A DNA stretch of 64,000 nt from Candidatus Limnocylindrales bacterium (GCA_035559535.1 DATMBG010000058.1:1-64000); one strand, 5' to 3'. Numbered from the stretch's first letter, positions 31,546-41,937 are shown. Numbers and translations: made by a program. Notes: generated by a model not told the origin, from the sequence alone.

Positions 31546-32748
31546 CTATTGTTTAGATTTCCTGATAAATTCTATAATTTTATCGACCTTATCCTGAACT
31601 CCCTTGACCCTATCCTGGATTAACTTTTCCATATGCTTTAGAATCTTTTCCTGAAACACTTTGGAAAGCCGGGCTTCAATCATCTTTTCTATCTTAGCTT
31701 CAAGGTCCCCTGAGGTTAACCACTTGTTTATCTCTTCCTGTACAAGGACCTGGATATTCTGCTGGGCGGAAAGGGTGGTAGCGGGAGTTTCAGGCGCTTT
31801 CACCCCATCTAGGGAGGGGTGGAGAGGAATCTGGGACTCCGGGGTAGGGGAACCCTCAACGGCTTGTTGGGGAGATGTGGCTATTGCAGGCGTAAGGGAA
31901 ACTTTTTGGGTATTGTGGCTTTCAAGGGTCTGACGAATTTTTGTAATAAGTTCTTCCGGTTGAAAAGGTTTAGTAATATATCCTGTAACCCCCAACTCGC
32001 TTACAAATTTATCTCCTACTTTATCTCCTTTGGAAGTGACAAGAATCACCGGAATATGTTTTAACTGTTCATCTTTCTGAAGAAGTCGGCAAACCTGAAA
32101 ACCGTTCATCCGCGGCATAACGAAATCTAACAGGATGAGATCCGGCATGATTTCTCTGGCTTTGTTGATTCCATCCAGGCCGTCGGAAGCCGTTATCACC
32201 TTAAAACCTTCAGCGGTTAAAATCATACTCACCAGTTTTCGAACTACCGAGCTGTCATCCACAGAGAGGATTTTGATAGCGGAACTATCCTTTTTTATTG
32301 CCGAATCCGGAGGGCTTCCTGCCTTTGTCTCCGACGAACTTTCCCCCTCACCTCCGGTTCCCTTCTCCCAACTTGGGAGAGGGGAAACCAGGGAGTGAGG
32401 AAGTGAAGCAATTTGAGACCGTGTTTCTTCAGGATCTAAGGGCTTTTGTAGTAAACCTTTGAAATTAGACAGATTTTTAATCTCTTCGCTAACCTGGGAA
32501 TTATTTGAAATAAAGAAAACAGGGATCGATTGGAAGCCCTTGTGTTTGGTAATGGTGGAAGAGAATTTTTCTTCTTTTATTCTTAACGAATCCGTGTCTA
32601 CCAACACTGCAGCCGGCCTGATCATCAAGGCTAAGACTAAACCATCTATCTCATTGGGAACCCGAAGGGATTCAAATTGACCGGATGCGATTTCATCTAA
32701 TTCTTTCTGGAGAGATTCTTCCCCTGTAACTAAGAGTAAAGTTTTCAT
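31546..32748 (-). CDS. PilG-like response regulator with degenerate N-terminal receiver and C-terminal coiled coil
   Basis: Central receiver (VDDS, LDFVMPRMNGFQVC, TKPF); first gene of the chemosensory operon. Confidence 0.8.
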   Translation of the reverse strand: MKTLLLVTGEESLQKELDEIASGQFESLRVPNEIDGLVLALMIRPAAVLVDTDSLRIKEEKFSSTITKHKGFQSIPVFFISNNSQVSEEIKNLSNFKGLLQKPLDPEETRSQIASLPHSLVSPLPSWEKGTGGEGESSSETKAGSPPDSAIKKDSSAIKILSVDDSSVVRKLVSMILTAEGFKVITASDGLDGINKAREIMPDLILLDFVMPRMNGFQVCRLLQKDEQLKHIPVILVTSKGDKVGDKFVSELGVTGYITKPFQPEELITKIRQTLESHNTQKVSLTPAIATSPQQAVEGSPTPESQIPLHPSLDGVKAPETPATTLSAQQNIQVLVQEEINKWLTSGDLEAKIEKMIEARLSKVFQEKILKHMEKLIQDRVKGVQDKVDKIIEFIRKSKQ

Positions 32749-32996
32749 GGATGGTACCTTCTTTTAAGCAGAGTAAAATACCTGTATAAATGATCTTTAT
32801 ATTTAAATTCTAAAGTTTAAGATAACTCTCTAAGATTGCGAATACTCTACGCTATAGAATGTGGGTGTATTTTATCGTTTATAAAGATTTTGTCAAGAAT
32901 AATTGATAAGATCTCTAATTTTAGTAGCTTAAAGCAGGTAGAGGGGATTGGGAGAGGTAACTGTAACCATTTCGTAGGGATCCCTTTTTCTGTCTG

Positions 32997-33082
32997 AACA
33001 CCCTCCTGGCCCCCCTCCAGGGGGAACTGACGTGGGGTTGCTACTGCTGAAGTCCCCCCTGGAGGGGGGCCAGGAGGGTGTT
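32997..33082. repeat. REP-like perfect 28-bp inverted repeat
   Basis: aacaccctcctggcccccctccaggggg and its reverse complement; related copy at about 62198-62262. Confidence 0.9.
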
Positions 33083-33098
33083 TATTTTTCCACGTTGA

Positions 33099-34235
33099 CT
33101 AACCCCGTGTAAGGGTAATTTCGGATATCTCACCGGATACATTAAGGCGAACGGGTGGACCTGTGGTACCTGCGCCTCGGGACACATAGAGGGTACTGGA
33201 TCCTATTCGGTAGAGGCCGGCTACAAAGCGGTGATAAAGACGCGACAGGTTTAAGGTTTTAGGTGCTATAGGAAAGGCAACCTGCCCTCCATGGGTATGT
33301 CCGGAAAGGGTTAAATCCACATGGTTTTCGACGGCTTCCGGGAATAGGGAAGGGTCATGGGCGAGAAGGATGGTCGGGACCCCTTTCGGCCTTTCTGCAA
33401 GGGCTAATTTTATATCTGCCCGACGCGTCCAGGTGTCGTCCACACCAGCCAGGAAAAGGGGTGGTTTATGAGGATTTAGGATCCTTCCTTGATTCCGAAG
33501 GACCTTGATGCCCGCTCGCTCCAAGGCCAAAATTAATCGCCTGGTATCCCCGAAATAATCATGATTTCCCAGAATGGCGACCACTCCATCTGGGGCCGAC
33601 AATCCGGATAAAGCTTCCCCTAACTCTTCAATATACAGGTCTCCAGCGGAGATATAATCCCCTGTGAGAACAATGAGATGAGGAGCCAGTGCATTCACCT
33701 GCTCAGCCCACCGGGCAATCCAAGAGCCCGGCGTGAAACGACTACAGTGTAAATCGGTCATCTGAACAATCCGATATCCTTCATAGGCTTCAGGTAAATT
33801 GGAAATGGGAACTGTAACCCGGTTCACACAAAGGTTTTGTCGACGCCAGAGGACTAAGTAACCTGCGTGGGTTAAGGCCCATAGAAAGGCACTTTGGGAA
33901 AATAAATCTAAAAAAGCATGTTCTCCCATAGTCGTCATGGGTGAAAATAAAAGGTGAGCCAGGAGAATAGGTACCTTAATACAGGTATAAAGCAGGGAAG
34001 CCGTCCACCAAATATAAAAAGGAAACTCTGTAAGATAAAGTCTCCATAAAGATCGAGGGGGTTCGTAAAAACCTCCGGCCAGGATGCGAAAAATGAAAGG
34101 AAAGTTGATCCAACTACCTAAAACTATAACCGGATAACTTCCCATCCATCGGAGTAAGTCCAGGAATACAGGAATCTGAATACTGAAAGCGATCAGGATG
34201 GATAAACTAAAAAGACGAAAAAATCTACACTTCAT
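33099..34235 (-). CDS. Membrane-anchored metallophosphoesterase (YkuE/YaeI-like)
   Basis: TDLH, TGD, LGNHD, LAHDP, SGHTHGGQ, YVSRG. Confidence 0.93.
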   Translation of the reverse strand: MKCRFFRLFSLSILIAFSIQIPVFLDLLRWMGSYPVIVLGSWINFPFIFRILAGGFYEPPRSLWRLYLTEFPFYIWWTASLLYTCIKVPILLAHLLFSPMTTMGEHAFLDLFSQSAFLWALTHAGYLVLWRRQNLCVNRVTVPISNLPEAYEGYRIVQMTDLHCSRFTPGSWIARWAEQVNALAPHLIVLTGDYISAGDLYIEELGEALSGLSAPDGVVAILGNHDYFGDTRRLILALERAGIKVLRNQGRILNPHKPPLFLAGVDDTWTRRADIKLALAERPKGVPTILLAHDPSLFPEAVENHVDLTLSGHTHGGQVAFPIAPKTLNLSRLYHRFVAGLYRIGSSTLYVSRGAGTTGPPVRLNVSGEISEITLTRG

Positions 34236-34421
34236 ATGGTTAATATACTTATAATCTAAAAAACCCAATCCGGTAGGTCAAGAAAAAACGTATTGACGTC
34301 TTTAAGGCTTTCTGACAGAATAAACCCAGAAGCCAAAACTCAGAATGGATAACCCTTTTTGAATCTATTTTGGCTTCTAAACTTTGACTTCTGATTTTTG
34401 ACCCCTTACCGATTATAATCT

Positions 34422-35228
34422 ATGAAAGAATTAGACGCTGCCAAACAAGCTGCACAGGAAGCAGGCCAGATTATCCGTTCCTATTATCAGAAGGTTTATC
34501 AAACCTCTTACAAGGAAGGTTATCGAGATGAAAGTGGGATTAAAATAAATCCGGTCACCGAAGTGGATCTTAAATCCAATGAAAAAATACGAGAGGTTCT
34601 AAAAGGCACTTTCCCTGACTATGGTTGGTTATCGGAGGAAACCAAGGACTCTGAGGAGAGATTTCATAAGAAAAGGGTTTGGATTGTAGATCCCCTGGAT
34701 GGAACCAAGGAGTTTATCGGTGGAATTCCAGAATTTACGGTTTCTATTGGGTTAGTAGAAGAAGGGGTACCGGTGGTGGGGGTGATCTATAATCCCATCA
34801 CAGGGGAGTTATTTTGGGCCTCAAGGGGAAGTGGCTCGTTTTGCGGAGATCAGCGTCTCCAATGCTCTCGTCAGGAGGATCTCCCCAAGATCCGACTCAT
34901 CGTGAGCCGTTCTGAATATCAAAAAGGTAAGACAGAATCGTTCAAGTCCCTGGTTTCTGAAATCATTCCTTTGGGAAGCAGTGCTTATAAATTGGGGGTT
35001 TTAGCCCAAGGCCGGGGGGACCTCTACCTGAGCCATCATCCTTTGAACGAGTGGGATATCTGTGGGGGTCACCTGATTTTACAAGAAGCCGGAGGAATTC
35101 TGTTGGATTTTAATGGGAAGGAAATAAAATACAATCAGAGGAGGGTTGAAACCGGTGGAGGGATCATTGCAGGAAACGAAGCCTTGGTGAGAAAAACACT
35201 TCAGAAGCTGGATCTCTTCTTAACTTGA
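34422..35228 (+). CDS. cysQ: 3'(2'),5'-bisphosphate nucleotidase / inositol monophosphatase family
   Basis: LSEE, WIVDPLDGTKEF, VSRS, EWDI. Confidence 0.82.
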   Translation: MKELDAAKQAAQEAGQIIRSYYQKVYQTSYKEGYRDESGIKINPVTEVDLKSNEKIREVLKGTFPDYGWLSEETKDSEERFHKKRVWIVDPLDGTKEFIGGIPEFTVSIGLVEEGVPVVGVIYNPITGELFWASRGSGSFCGDQRLQCSRQEDLPKIRLIVSRSEYQKGKTESFKSLVSEIIPLGSSAYKLGVLAQGRGDLYLSHHPLNEWDICGGHLILQEAGGILLDFNGKEIKYNQRRVETGGGIIAGNEALVRKTLQKLDLFLT

Positions 35229-35230
35229 AC

Positions 35231-35259
35231 TTGACACATAACCGGAAATTGGTTAATTT
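35231..35259 (+). promoter_or_regulatory. sigma-70 promoter for the yicC operon
   Basis: TTGACA-17 nt-TAATTT. Confidence 0.6.
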
Positions 35260-35286
35260 TAACTTACTCATAGGGGAGCGTAACCT

Positions 35287-36168
35287 ATGCTCAAAAGCAT
35301 GACCGGATATGGCTCTGTAAACCTCCAACAGGGTAATCGAACTTACATCTTAGAGGTTAAATCGGTTAACCATCGATATTGCGATGTCAACGTGAAGGTA
35401 CCCTCTCAATATGGATTTTTGGAGAATGAAATCAAAAAGTTTATCAAGGAAAGATTTTCCAGAGGTCGATTCGATGTTTATCTAGATATAGATGAATTGG
35501 AGGGGAATTCCAGGAAGATCTCCTTTGATCATGCTCTGGCTGCCAGGTACCTGAAAGAGCTAAAGGAATTGGGAACCGAACTCGGTATAGAGACTCCTAT
35601 AGACCTCTTCTCGCTGATTAAACTGCCCGAGGTGATTAAAATAGAAAAAGAGCCGGAGGATCAGGAAGAAATTATCCAGTCTGTTCAGAAAACTCTGGAA
35701 CTGGCACTGGCTCAACTTGAGGAGATGCGGAAGAAAGAAGGGGAATTGCTTCGTCAAGAAATTTTAACGATTTTAAATCGTATCCAGGCAGCTACCCTCC
35801 GTATTAGTCAACGCGCTCCCCTGATTCCTGTAGAGTATAAAAAGAACCTCCAGGAACGTGTCAGGAATCTCCTGGAAAACACCCTAGAAGTCGATGAAGC
35901 CAGACTTCTTCAAGAAGTGGTCATCTTCGCGGAGCGAATGGATATAACCGAAGAGCTTGCCAGATTAAATAGCCATCTTACCCAGTTTTATAAACTTACA
36001 GAGTCCGAAGAACCGGTTGGAAAAAGGTTAGATTTTCTCATTCAAGAAATGAACCGGGAGGTAAACACCATAGGCTCTAAAGCTAATGATGCCCTGGTCT
36101 CTCAGGAAGTGGTAGAAATCAAAACTGAAATGGAAAGAATGAGAGAACAGGTCCAGAATATTGAGTGA
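35287..36168 (+). CDS. yicC: YicC/YloC family endoribonuclease
   Basis: KSMTGYG, KSVNHRY, GKRLDFLIQEMNREVNTIGSK, REQVQNIE. Confidence 0.95.
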   Translation: MLKSMTGYGSVNLQQGNRTYILEVKSVNHRYCDVNVKVPSQYGFLENEIKKFIKERFSRGRFDVYLDIDELEGNSRKISFDHALAARYLKELKELGTELGIETPIDLFSLIKLPEVIKIEKEPEDQEEIIQSVQKTLELALAQLEEMRKKEGELLRQEILTILNRIQAATLRISQRAPLIPVEYKKNLQERVRNLLENTLEVDEARLLQEVVIFAERMDITEELARLNSHLTQFYKLTESEEPVGKRLDFLIQEMNREVNTIGSKANDALVSQEVVEIKTEMERMREQVQNIE

Positions 36169-36171
36169 AGG

Positions 36172-36447
36172 ATGAAAGTGGGTCCAAAACTTATTAATAT
36201 CGGATTTGGAAATGTTGTGGTTGCATCTCGCATTGTTGCAGTCGTGGCGCCGAGTTCGGCGCCTATGAAACGGCTCAAGGAAGAAGCCCGTCAGAATAAA
36301 AAGCTCATTGATGCAACTCAGGGTCGAAAAACCCGTGCGGTTATTATTACCGATAGCGATCACGTAATTCTTTCGGCTGTACAACCAACCACCGTAGCTC
36401 AAAGATTTCTGGCAGAAGAATCAGCCGAAGAATCCCCCGAAGCATAG
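36172..36447 (+). CDS. remA: RemA family (DUF370) protein
   Basis: [42 protein letters not shown]. Confidence 0.92.
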   Translation: MKVGPKLINIGFGNVVVASRIVAVVAPSSAPMKRLKEEARQNKKLIDATQGRKTRAVIITDSDHVILSAVQPTTVAQRFLAEESAEESPEA

Positions 36448-36500
36448 GGGGAAATAGATAAATAGGCTATACCTATGTGGGTCGGTACATATTTACTTAA

Positions 36501-37127
36501 ATGTACATGGATATAGAGTTTAAGAAGAGTCAAAAGGGGCTCCTTTATGTGGTATCGGCCCCCTCAGGAGCCGGAAAAACCTCATTATGTAAAGAAGTCA
36601 TCCGACGTATTCCTAACCTGGAGCATTCCATCTCTTATACGACCCGAAAACCTCGACGGGATGAAGTGGATGGGGTAGATTACCATTTTGTGACCCCCGA
36701 GGTTTTCAAGGACATGATTCGGAAGGGCGAGTTCGCCGAATATGCCCTCGTACATGGACATCTTTACGGAACCGGCTTAAAAATAACCGAAGAAAAATTA
36801 GCTAAGGGAATCAGCCTTGTTTTAGCTATTGATGTTCAAGGGGCTGATCAATTGAGGAGAAGATATCCGGAAGGTGTTTTTATTTTTGTTCTCCCTCCGT
36901 TTTTTTCCCTTTTAAGAAAAAGATTGTTGGAAAGGCATTCTGATTCTGCCGATGAGATCGAACGTCGGTTGGCTAAGGCCTATGAAGAAATAAAACACTA
37001 TAAAAAATATCACTACGTTATTATTAACGATAATCTGGAGAAGGCCGTAGAAGAGTTTTGTGCCATTATCCTGGCCGAGCAGTGTCGTGCCTTTAGAATA
37101 ACGGCCCATCCAAACATTTGTCTATGA
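36501..37127 (+). CDS. gmk: Guanylate kinase
   Basis: SAPSGAGKT, SYTTRKPR, YHF, YGT, IDVQGA. Confidence 0.97.
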   Translation: MYMDIEFKKSQKGLLYVVSAPSGAGKTSLCKEVIRRIPNLEHSISYTTRKPRRDEVDGVDYHFVTPEVFKDMIRKGEFAEYALVHGHLYGTGLKITEEKLAKGISLVLAIDVQGADQLRRRYPEGVFIFVLPPFFSLLRKRLLERHSDSADEIERRLAKAYEEIKHYKKYHYVIINDNLEKAVEEFCAIILAEQCRAFRITAHPNICL

Positions 37128-38404
37128 CCACATTACAAGGTAAAAATATTCTTCTGGGTGTCACCGGGGGTATTGCAGCCTATAAATCGGCTGAAATAGT
37201 CCGGGGGTTTAAAAAAGCAGGAGCTCAGGTTCAGGTGGTCATGACCCGAAATGCCCGGCGTTTCATAACCCCTCTTACCTTAGAGACTCTCTCCCAAAAT
37301 CGGGTTATGACCGAGATGTTTCCGTCTTCCTACGAGGATGAGGAAGAAGCCGGAACCCTTCTCCGATCTACTTCTACGAATCTCCAGGAGATCGATCACA
37401 TTGCCCTCGCCCAGAGGGCCGATGTGGTTCTCATTGCTCCGGCGACAGCCAATATAATCGGTAAACTGGCTCATGGGATCTGCGATGATTTGCTCTCAAC
37501 CCTTGTCATTGCGACCAAAGCTCCAGTGATCCTGGCTCCGGCCATGAATTGCTATATGTATGAACATCCGGTAGTCCAGGGCAACCTGGAAAAGTTAAAA
37601 TCCCTGGGGGTTCAGGTTATAGAACCCGAGGCAGGCTTTCTGGCCTGCCAGATGGAAGGAAAAGGACGACTGCCGGACCCTGATGTTATTGTGACCTTTG
37701 TTGTAAAATTTTTACACAATCGGCAACGTCTCCTGGGTAAAAAGGTGTTGGTTACGGCGGGTCCGACCCGAGAAGCCATCGATCCGGTCCGTTTTATTTC
37801 CAACCGATCTTCTGGACGGATGGGTTATGCCATTGCTAAGGTCGCCCAACAATGGGGTGCCGAAGTATTTTTAGTTAGTGGACCTACGGCCTTAGCCGTT
37901 CCCCCCGGAGTTCATTTAACTCGAGTGGAAACGGCGGCTGAAATGCGGGAAGCAGTGCTGAAATACTTTCCCGAAATGGATGTGGTCATCAAGGCCGCCG
38001 CAGTGGCCGATTATCGGGTTAAGGAGGTTAAAGATCAAAAGATTAAAAAGGAAGCCCCAGGGTTAGTTCTGGAACTCGAAAAAACTCCGGATATTTTAGA
38101 AGAGTTAGGCCGGATCAAGGAAAAACAAGTTCTGGTCGGATTTGCAGCCGAGACCCAAAACCTTCTTTCCTATGCCGAAGAAAAACTCCGAAGAAAAAAC
38201 CTGGATTTCATCGTTGTGAACGACGTGAGTCGTAAAGATACCGGGTTTGAAGTGGAAACCAATGCCATTCAAATCGTTCATCGAAATGGAAAGGTTACAG
38301 ACTATCCCCTTATGCCTAAGGAAAAAGTAGCCGAGGTCATTCTGGAAGAAATCTTGCCTTTTCTGGCCGATAAGGAGACTCAAAGCCGTCATCGCGGGGA
38401 GTGA
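37124..38404 (+). CDS. coaBC: Phosphopantothenoylcysteine decarboxylase/ligase
   Basis: GVTGGIAAYK, APATAN, PAMN, TAGPTREAIDPVRFISNRSSG, VGFAAET. Confidence 0.97.
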   Translation: MTTLQGKNILLGVTGGIAAYKSAEIVRGFKKAGAQVQVVMTRNARRFITPLTLETLSQNRVMTEMFPSSYEDEEEAGTLLRSTSTNLQEIDHIALAQRADVVLIAPATANIIGKLAHGICDDLLSTLVIATKAPVILAPAMNCYMYEHPVVQGNLEKLKSLGVQVIEPEAGFLACQMEGKGRLPDPDVIVTFVVKFLHNRQRLLGKKVLVTAGPTREAIDPVRFISNRSSGRMGYAIAKVAQQWGAEVFLVSGPTALAVPPGVHLTRVETAAEMREAVLKYFPEMDVVIKAAAVADYRVKEVKDQKIKKEAPGLVLELEKTPDILEELGRIKEKQVLVGFAAETQNLLSYAEEKLRRKNLDFIVVNDVSRKDTGFEVETNAIQIVHRNGKVTDYPLMPKEKVAEVILEEILPFLADKETQSRHRGE

Positions 38405-38434
38405 ACAGAAAGATTCTCCAGATCCAGGTTATTT

Positions 38435-39730
38435 TTAGGGGCGGGGAGACCCTATATCTTCCACTACCCAGGTGGGTCCTTCATAATCCTGGACAATTTC
38501 CCGTCCATAAGCCTGGGTAACTACTTCGAGGCGATTCTGGGTAACGTTAAATCGAAGGGTCCAGGTTATTTCATTGGGTCCCATAAATTTCACCCAACGC
38601 TTTCCCGGTGGAAAATACCAACTGTACCACTGGTAGATTTTATGGGTTTGGGGTAGGCCTGCTTTGGAAGACCCCGATAAAAAATCCCTGGCGTCTATGG
38701 AAGATTTGGCAATTCTATAAGCATCTGCTACTTTCATGGTTCCTTCGGCATCCAAAACCCATGAACTCCCTTCATAAGGTGCCATTGGACCTGAGGGTTT
38801 GGCAGGTGGGTCATAGGTAAGACCTAAAATTCCTCGGAAGGGCGAAGGCTTGGTAATGGTTCTAATGGTCTCCCCAATATAGATACCCTCTAAACTTCCC
38901 CCTGAGCTGGTAAAGGTATGAATCCAATGTCCCCCATAATACCTCGGTAAAGGGGTTACAAATACCTGTGAACTGGCTATACCTGTCGGAACAGCCTGAA
39001 TGGTTAAAATATTATCTGTAAATACAGTAGGTTCTGCAGCATCTGTGGCCCGCACGGTGATGGAACCACTTCTGCCCTCTGCCGGGGTAATCACTCCGGT
39101 ATTACTGTCAATGGTTGCGCCATAGGTATTTCCTATAATAGACCATTTTACTGTCCGATTGGGAGGTAGTGTCTCTGCCGAAGCTGTACTTCGTGCCAAA
39201 ATATCATCCAGAGGCCAGGCTTTGGGTGGATCGAAGGTGACCCGAAGAATTTTTGGTAAGACCTTAACATTCACACCGGCCTGGGACGGGATCCCAGAAT
39301 TATAAGAATATCCAATTGTTATGACCACCTCTCCCGGGGTGTCAGCCTTTAAAGTTAAAGTCAGTTTTAATCTTGGAGTTAGTAAAGGTTCGATTACCGT
39401 CGTTTCTGATTGGATCAGGATCGCCGATCCCCAGTTTAGATTCGTAAAACTTCCAGGGACAGGTCCTCCTTCGGCTTCGATGGTAAACATGTCCCCTACC
39501 GAAACTTTCGTAGGAGAGGTAACGACACGCACAAAGGTTTTCGGGGCTTCATCTGCCGGCAATGGATTTCTCCCGATCTTCCATCCTATGAAAACAGGGG
39601 TTTGTGGAATAGCTTGAGCCGCGATGATTTGATGAGGTATCCCCAGCATAAAGAATCCCATTAAAAAAAACCACTTTATTTTCATTTTTATATGATCTGG
39701 TAATCTTGATATTTGCATGTCTAGTCTCAA
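38435..39730 (-). CDS. Secreted hypothetical protein with Ig-like domains
   Basis: Signal-peptide-like segment (MKIKWFFLMG...AAQA); beta-rich Ig-like repeats (VKWSI...ATIDSNTGVIT...ITVRAT); true start probably downstream of 39730. Confidence 0.6.
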   Translation of the reverse strand: MRLDMQISRLPDHIKMKIKWFFLMGFFMLGIPHQIIAAQAIPQTPVFIGWKIGRNPLPADEAPKTFVRVVTSPTKVSVGDMFTIEAEGGPVPGSFTNLNWGSAILIQSETTVIEPLLTPRLKLTLTLKADTPGEVVITIGYSYNSGIPSQAGVNVKVLPKILRVTFDPPKAWPLDDILARSTASAETLPPNRTVKWSIIGNTYGATIDSNTGVITPAEGRSGSITVRATDAAEPTVFTDNILTIQAVPTGIASSQVFVTPLPRYYGGHWIHTFTSSGGSLEGIYIGETIRTITKPSPFRGILGLTYDPPAKPSGPMAPYEGSSWVLDAEGTMKVADAYRIAKSSIDARDFLSGSSKAGLPQTHKIYQWYSWYFPPGKRWVKFMGPNEITWTLRFNVTQNRLEVVTQAYGREIVQDYEGPTWVVEDIGSPRP

Positions 39731-39748
39731 TTAGATTTTATTTTCCTT

Positions 39749-40783
39749 TCATCCCTCCTCCAGCCTATAAAAAATAAGAAGAAGAATGAAAGCGCCTAAA
39801 AAGAAAAAAGAACGAAGCGGATAAGGATAGGTATATTCTCGTTGGTTTTGACTCCCTTGTTTTTGGATGATATCCTGAAGCGTTGCAAACAATTCCCCGC
39901 GGTTTTCAAGGGTATAATACGTTCCACCTGTTTTCTCTGCGATAAATTGAAGAACATCTGCTTTAAGGGCCGTTGTGACCGGTTGACCCTTTTGATCCGT
40001 GAGATAGCCCAGGGGAGAAAGGGGATCTGGAATGTAGGTGGGATCTTCAGATCCGATTCCAATGGTAAAAACCGGAACGCTACTTCCCCGCCTGGCAAGG
40101 AGATTATACATATCCCGTGTGAGAGGCCTATCTCCATCACTGATTAAAATCAAGGAGGTAATCGGGGGAGCTGAGGAAGCAGGAATGCCTTCTTTATACA
40201 TCCGTAAAAAAGTGTCTATCAGGTTGAATCCCTCCTGCAACGCGGTAGTCAGATCGGTACCCTGTTTATAAAAAAAGTTACGGGGAAGATGTCGAATTTT
40301 GGCGATGATCTCATCGTGATCATCGCTAAAACCACTGGTAATGGGGATTGCATACTCGGAAAAAGGGACCAGGCTGATCTTGACCCCTTTAGGAAGGGAA
40401 GAAATAAATTCCTGAAGACTCTTTTTGGTCTCTGCAAAACGACTGGTGGCATTTTCCTCACCGGGGTGATAGGGAGCCTCCATACTTCTAGAAACATCCA
40501 ATAGAATGACCAAAACCACGTTCTCCCAGATGGGTTCCCGGTCAGAACGTTGAATAACCGGGGAAGCAAAACCAAGTAGACTGAGTGTAAAGCCGACAAG
40601 GAAAAGACTTGTGGTAAGAAAATACTTTTTTTTTGAAAGAAGTACGCTTTGCTTACGTACAAAGGGAAGCCTACCCCATAGGTCCCAGGAGGCTTTTTTC
40701 TGATGCCATAAACGCAAAAAAAGGCCTATCAGGAACGGAATAGTGAGTAATCCCCATAAAATCCAGGGATATTCCCAGGTCAT
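39749..40783 (-). CDS. VWA domain protein (MxaL/BatB-like)
   Basis: N-terminal BatA-like TM motif (WEYPWILWGL), MIDAS DVSRS...GTDL...SDG, C-terminal TM. Confidence 0.88.
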   Translation of the reverse strand: MTWEYPWILWGLLTIPFLIGLFLRLWHQKKASWDLWGRLPFVRKQSVLLSKKKYFLTTSLFLVGFTLSLLGFASPVIQRSDREPIWENVVLVILLDVSRSMEAPYHPGEENATSRFAETKKSLQEFISSLPKGVKISLVPFSEYAIPITSGFSDDHDEIIAKIRHLPRNFFYKQGTDLTTALQEGFNLIDTFLRMYKEGIPASSAPPITSLILISDGDRPLTRDMYNLLARRGSSVPVFTIGIGSEDPTYIPDPLSPLGYLTDQKGQPVTTALKADVLQFIAEKTGGTYYTLENRGELFATLQDIIQKQGSQNQREYTYPYPLRSFFFLGAFILLLIFYRLEEG

Positions 40784-40879
40784 AGATCTAAAGTGCCTAG
40801 AGTGAACTAGAGGGCCTAAAGTTGTATTTATTTTAGTTCACTTTAGACGCTTTAGGCCCTTTAGCTCACTCTAGGCACT

Positions 40880-41866
40880 TCAATGCAACTGTCCCTCACT
40901 GCCTGCATCGGCACTGCCGGGGCCAGCTTTAGAACCCGAGGCATCCGGGGGCCGGCTCCCCCGTTCTGAAATTACATTGGGACTTTTGCTCTTATCCAAA
41001 AGGAATTCTTTCATGGTATTCTCCTCTTCCGGAGAGAGCGATTTGGATTCAAGATTTCCCTTTTTAAGCATTTCTCCAATGGGTTCTATTTCCGGCATTG
41101 TAAGGGCATCTTTGAGAATGCCTTCGATTTGCTTGCGTTCTCTTTCTTCGATTTCAGGGTTCTGCTGGAAGCGGGTCAGGGTTTCTAATAGAAGTACGGC
41201 ATTCAATTCATCGGTTAGAGAAGCACGGACTTGATCGGCATAAAGTGCGTGGAGGGCCCTCTGGAGTGATTTGACGGCATATACCAGCCCCTGCCTTAAA
41301 CTGGAGGAGTTCCGGGGTTGCTTTTCAAGAAAATCTTTTACAAGAAAAGTCGGAACCATGGCCCGGACTCCGTTGACGGTTGCCACAAACTGCCAGTAGG
41401 GATTCCGGGTCTGTTCCTGAATTTGTTTATAGTGATCTTCAGCCGCATTAAAGTGTTCCATGACCTCTTCGATAGAAGGTTTATCAGTACGATCTTTATC
41501 TAAGGGGTTGGTAATCGGAACGTTGGAAGAAACAAGCTGAACCGGTCCGTATAACGCCAGTAAACGTTCACCTTCTCGAAATTCCATCTCAGCCAGTCGA
41601 AGTTGAAGGTAGGAACGGGTTTCGGCCCCCAAGCGATGGAGAACATTCAAAATCGGTCCCTGAGGGATGCCTAAAAGCGTTTGAGAGTATTGGGCATCTG
41701 CCTTCCGATAAGCTTTCAAGGCCTCTACAAATTTTCCTTCAGCGGCAAGTACTTCTGCTTCACCCAGTAGCTGTTGCTGTCTATAATAGATCCAACTCAT
41801 CAGTCCCAGGGTTAATCCCAGGAGAATCATTATACCAAAAAGAATTCTTAAAAGTTTATTTTTCAT
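40880..41866 (-). CDS. Membrane-anchored TPR-like protein (MxaK-like position)
   Basis: N-terminal TM, helical repeats; sits between two VWA genes. Confidence 0.55.
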   Translation of the reverse strand: MKNKLLRILFGIMILLGLTLGLMSWIYYRQQQLLGEAEVLAAEGKFVEALKAYRKADAQYSQTLLGIPQGPILNVLHRLGAETRSYLQLRLAEMEFREGERLLALYGPVQLVSSNVPITNPLDKDRTDKPSIEEVMEHFNAAEDHYKQIQEQTRNPYWQFVATVNGVRAMVPTFLVKDFLEKQPRNSSSLRQGLVYAVKSLQRALHALYADQVRASLTDELNAVLLLETLTRFQQNPEIEERERKQIEGILKDALTMPEIEPIGEMLKKGNLESKSLSPEEENTMKEFLLDKSKSPNVISERGSRPPDASGSKAGPGSADAGSEGQLH

Positions 41867-41937
41867 CGGTTTTTTACCTGCTGGCCGTTATCCGTCATCT
41901 TTGCTTTGTATTACGGATACCGGGCAAAAAATAGACT

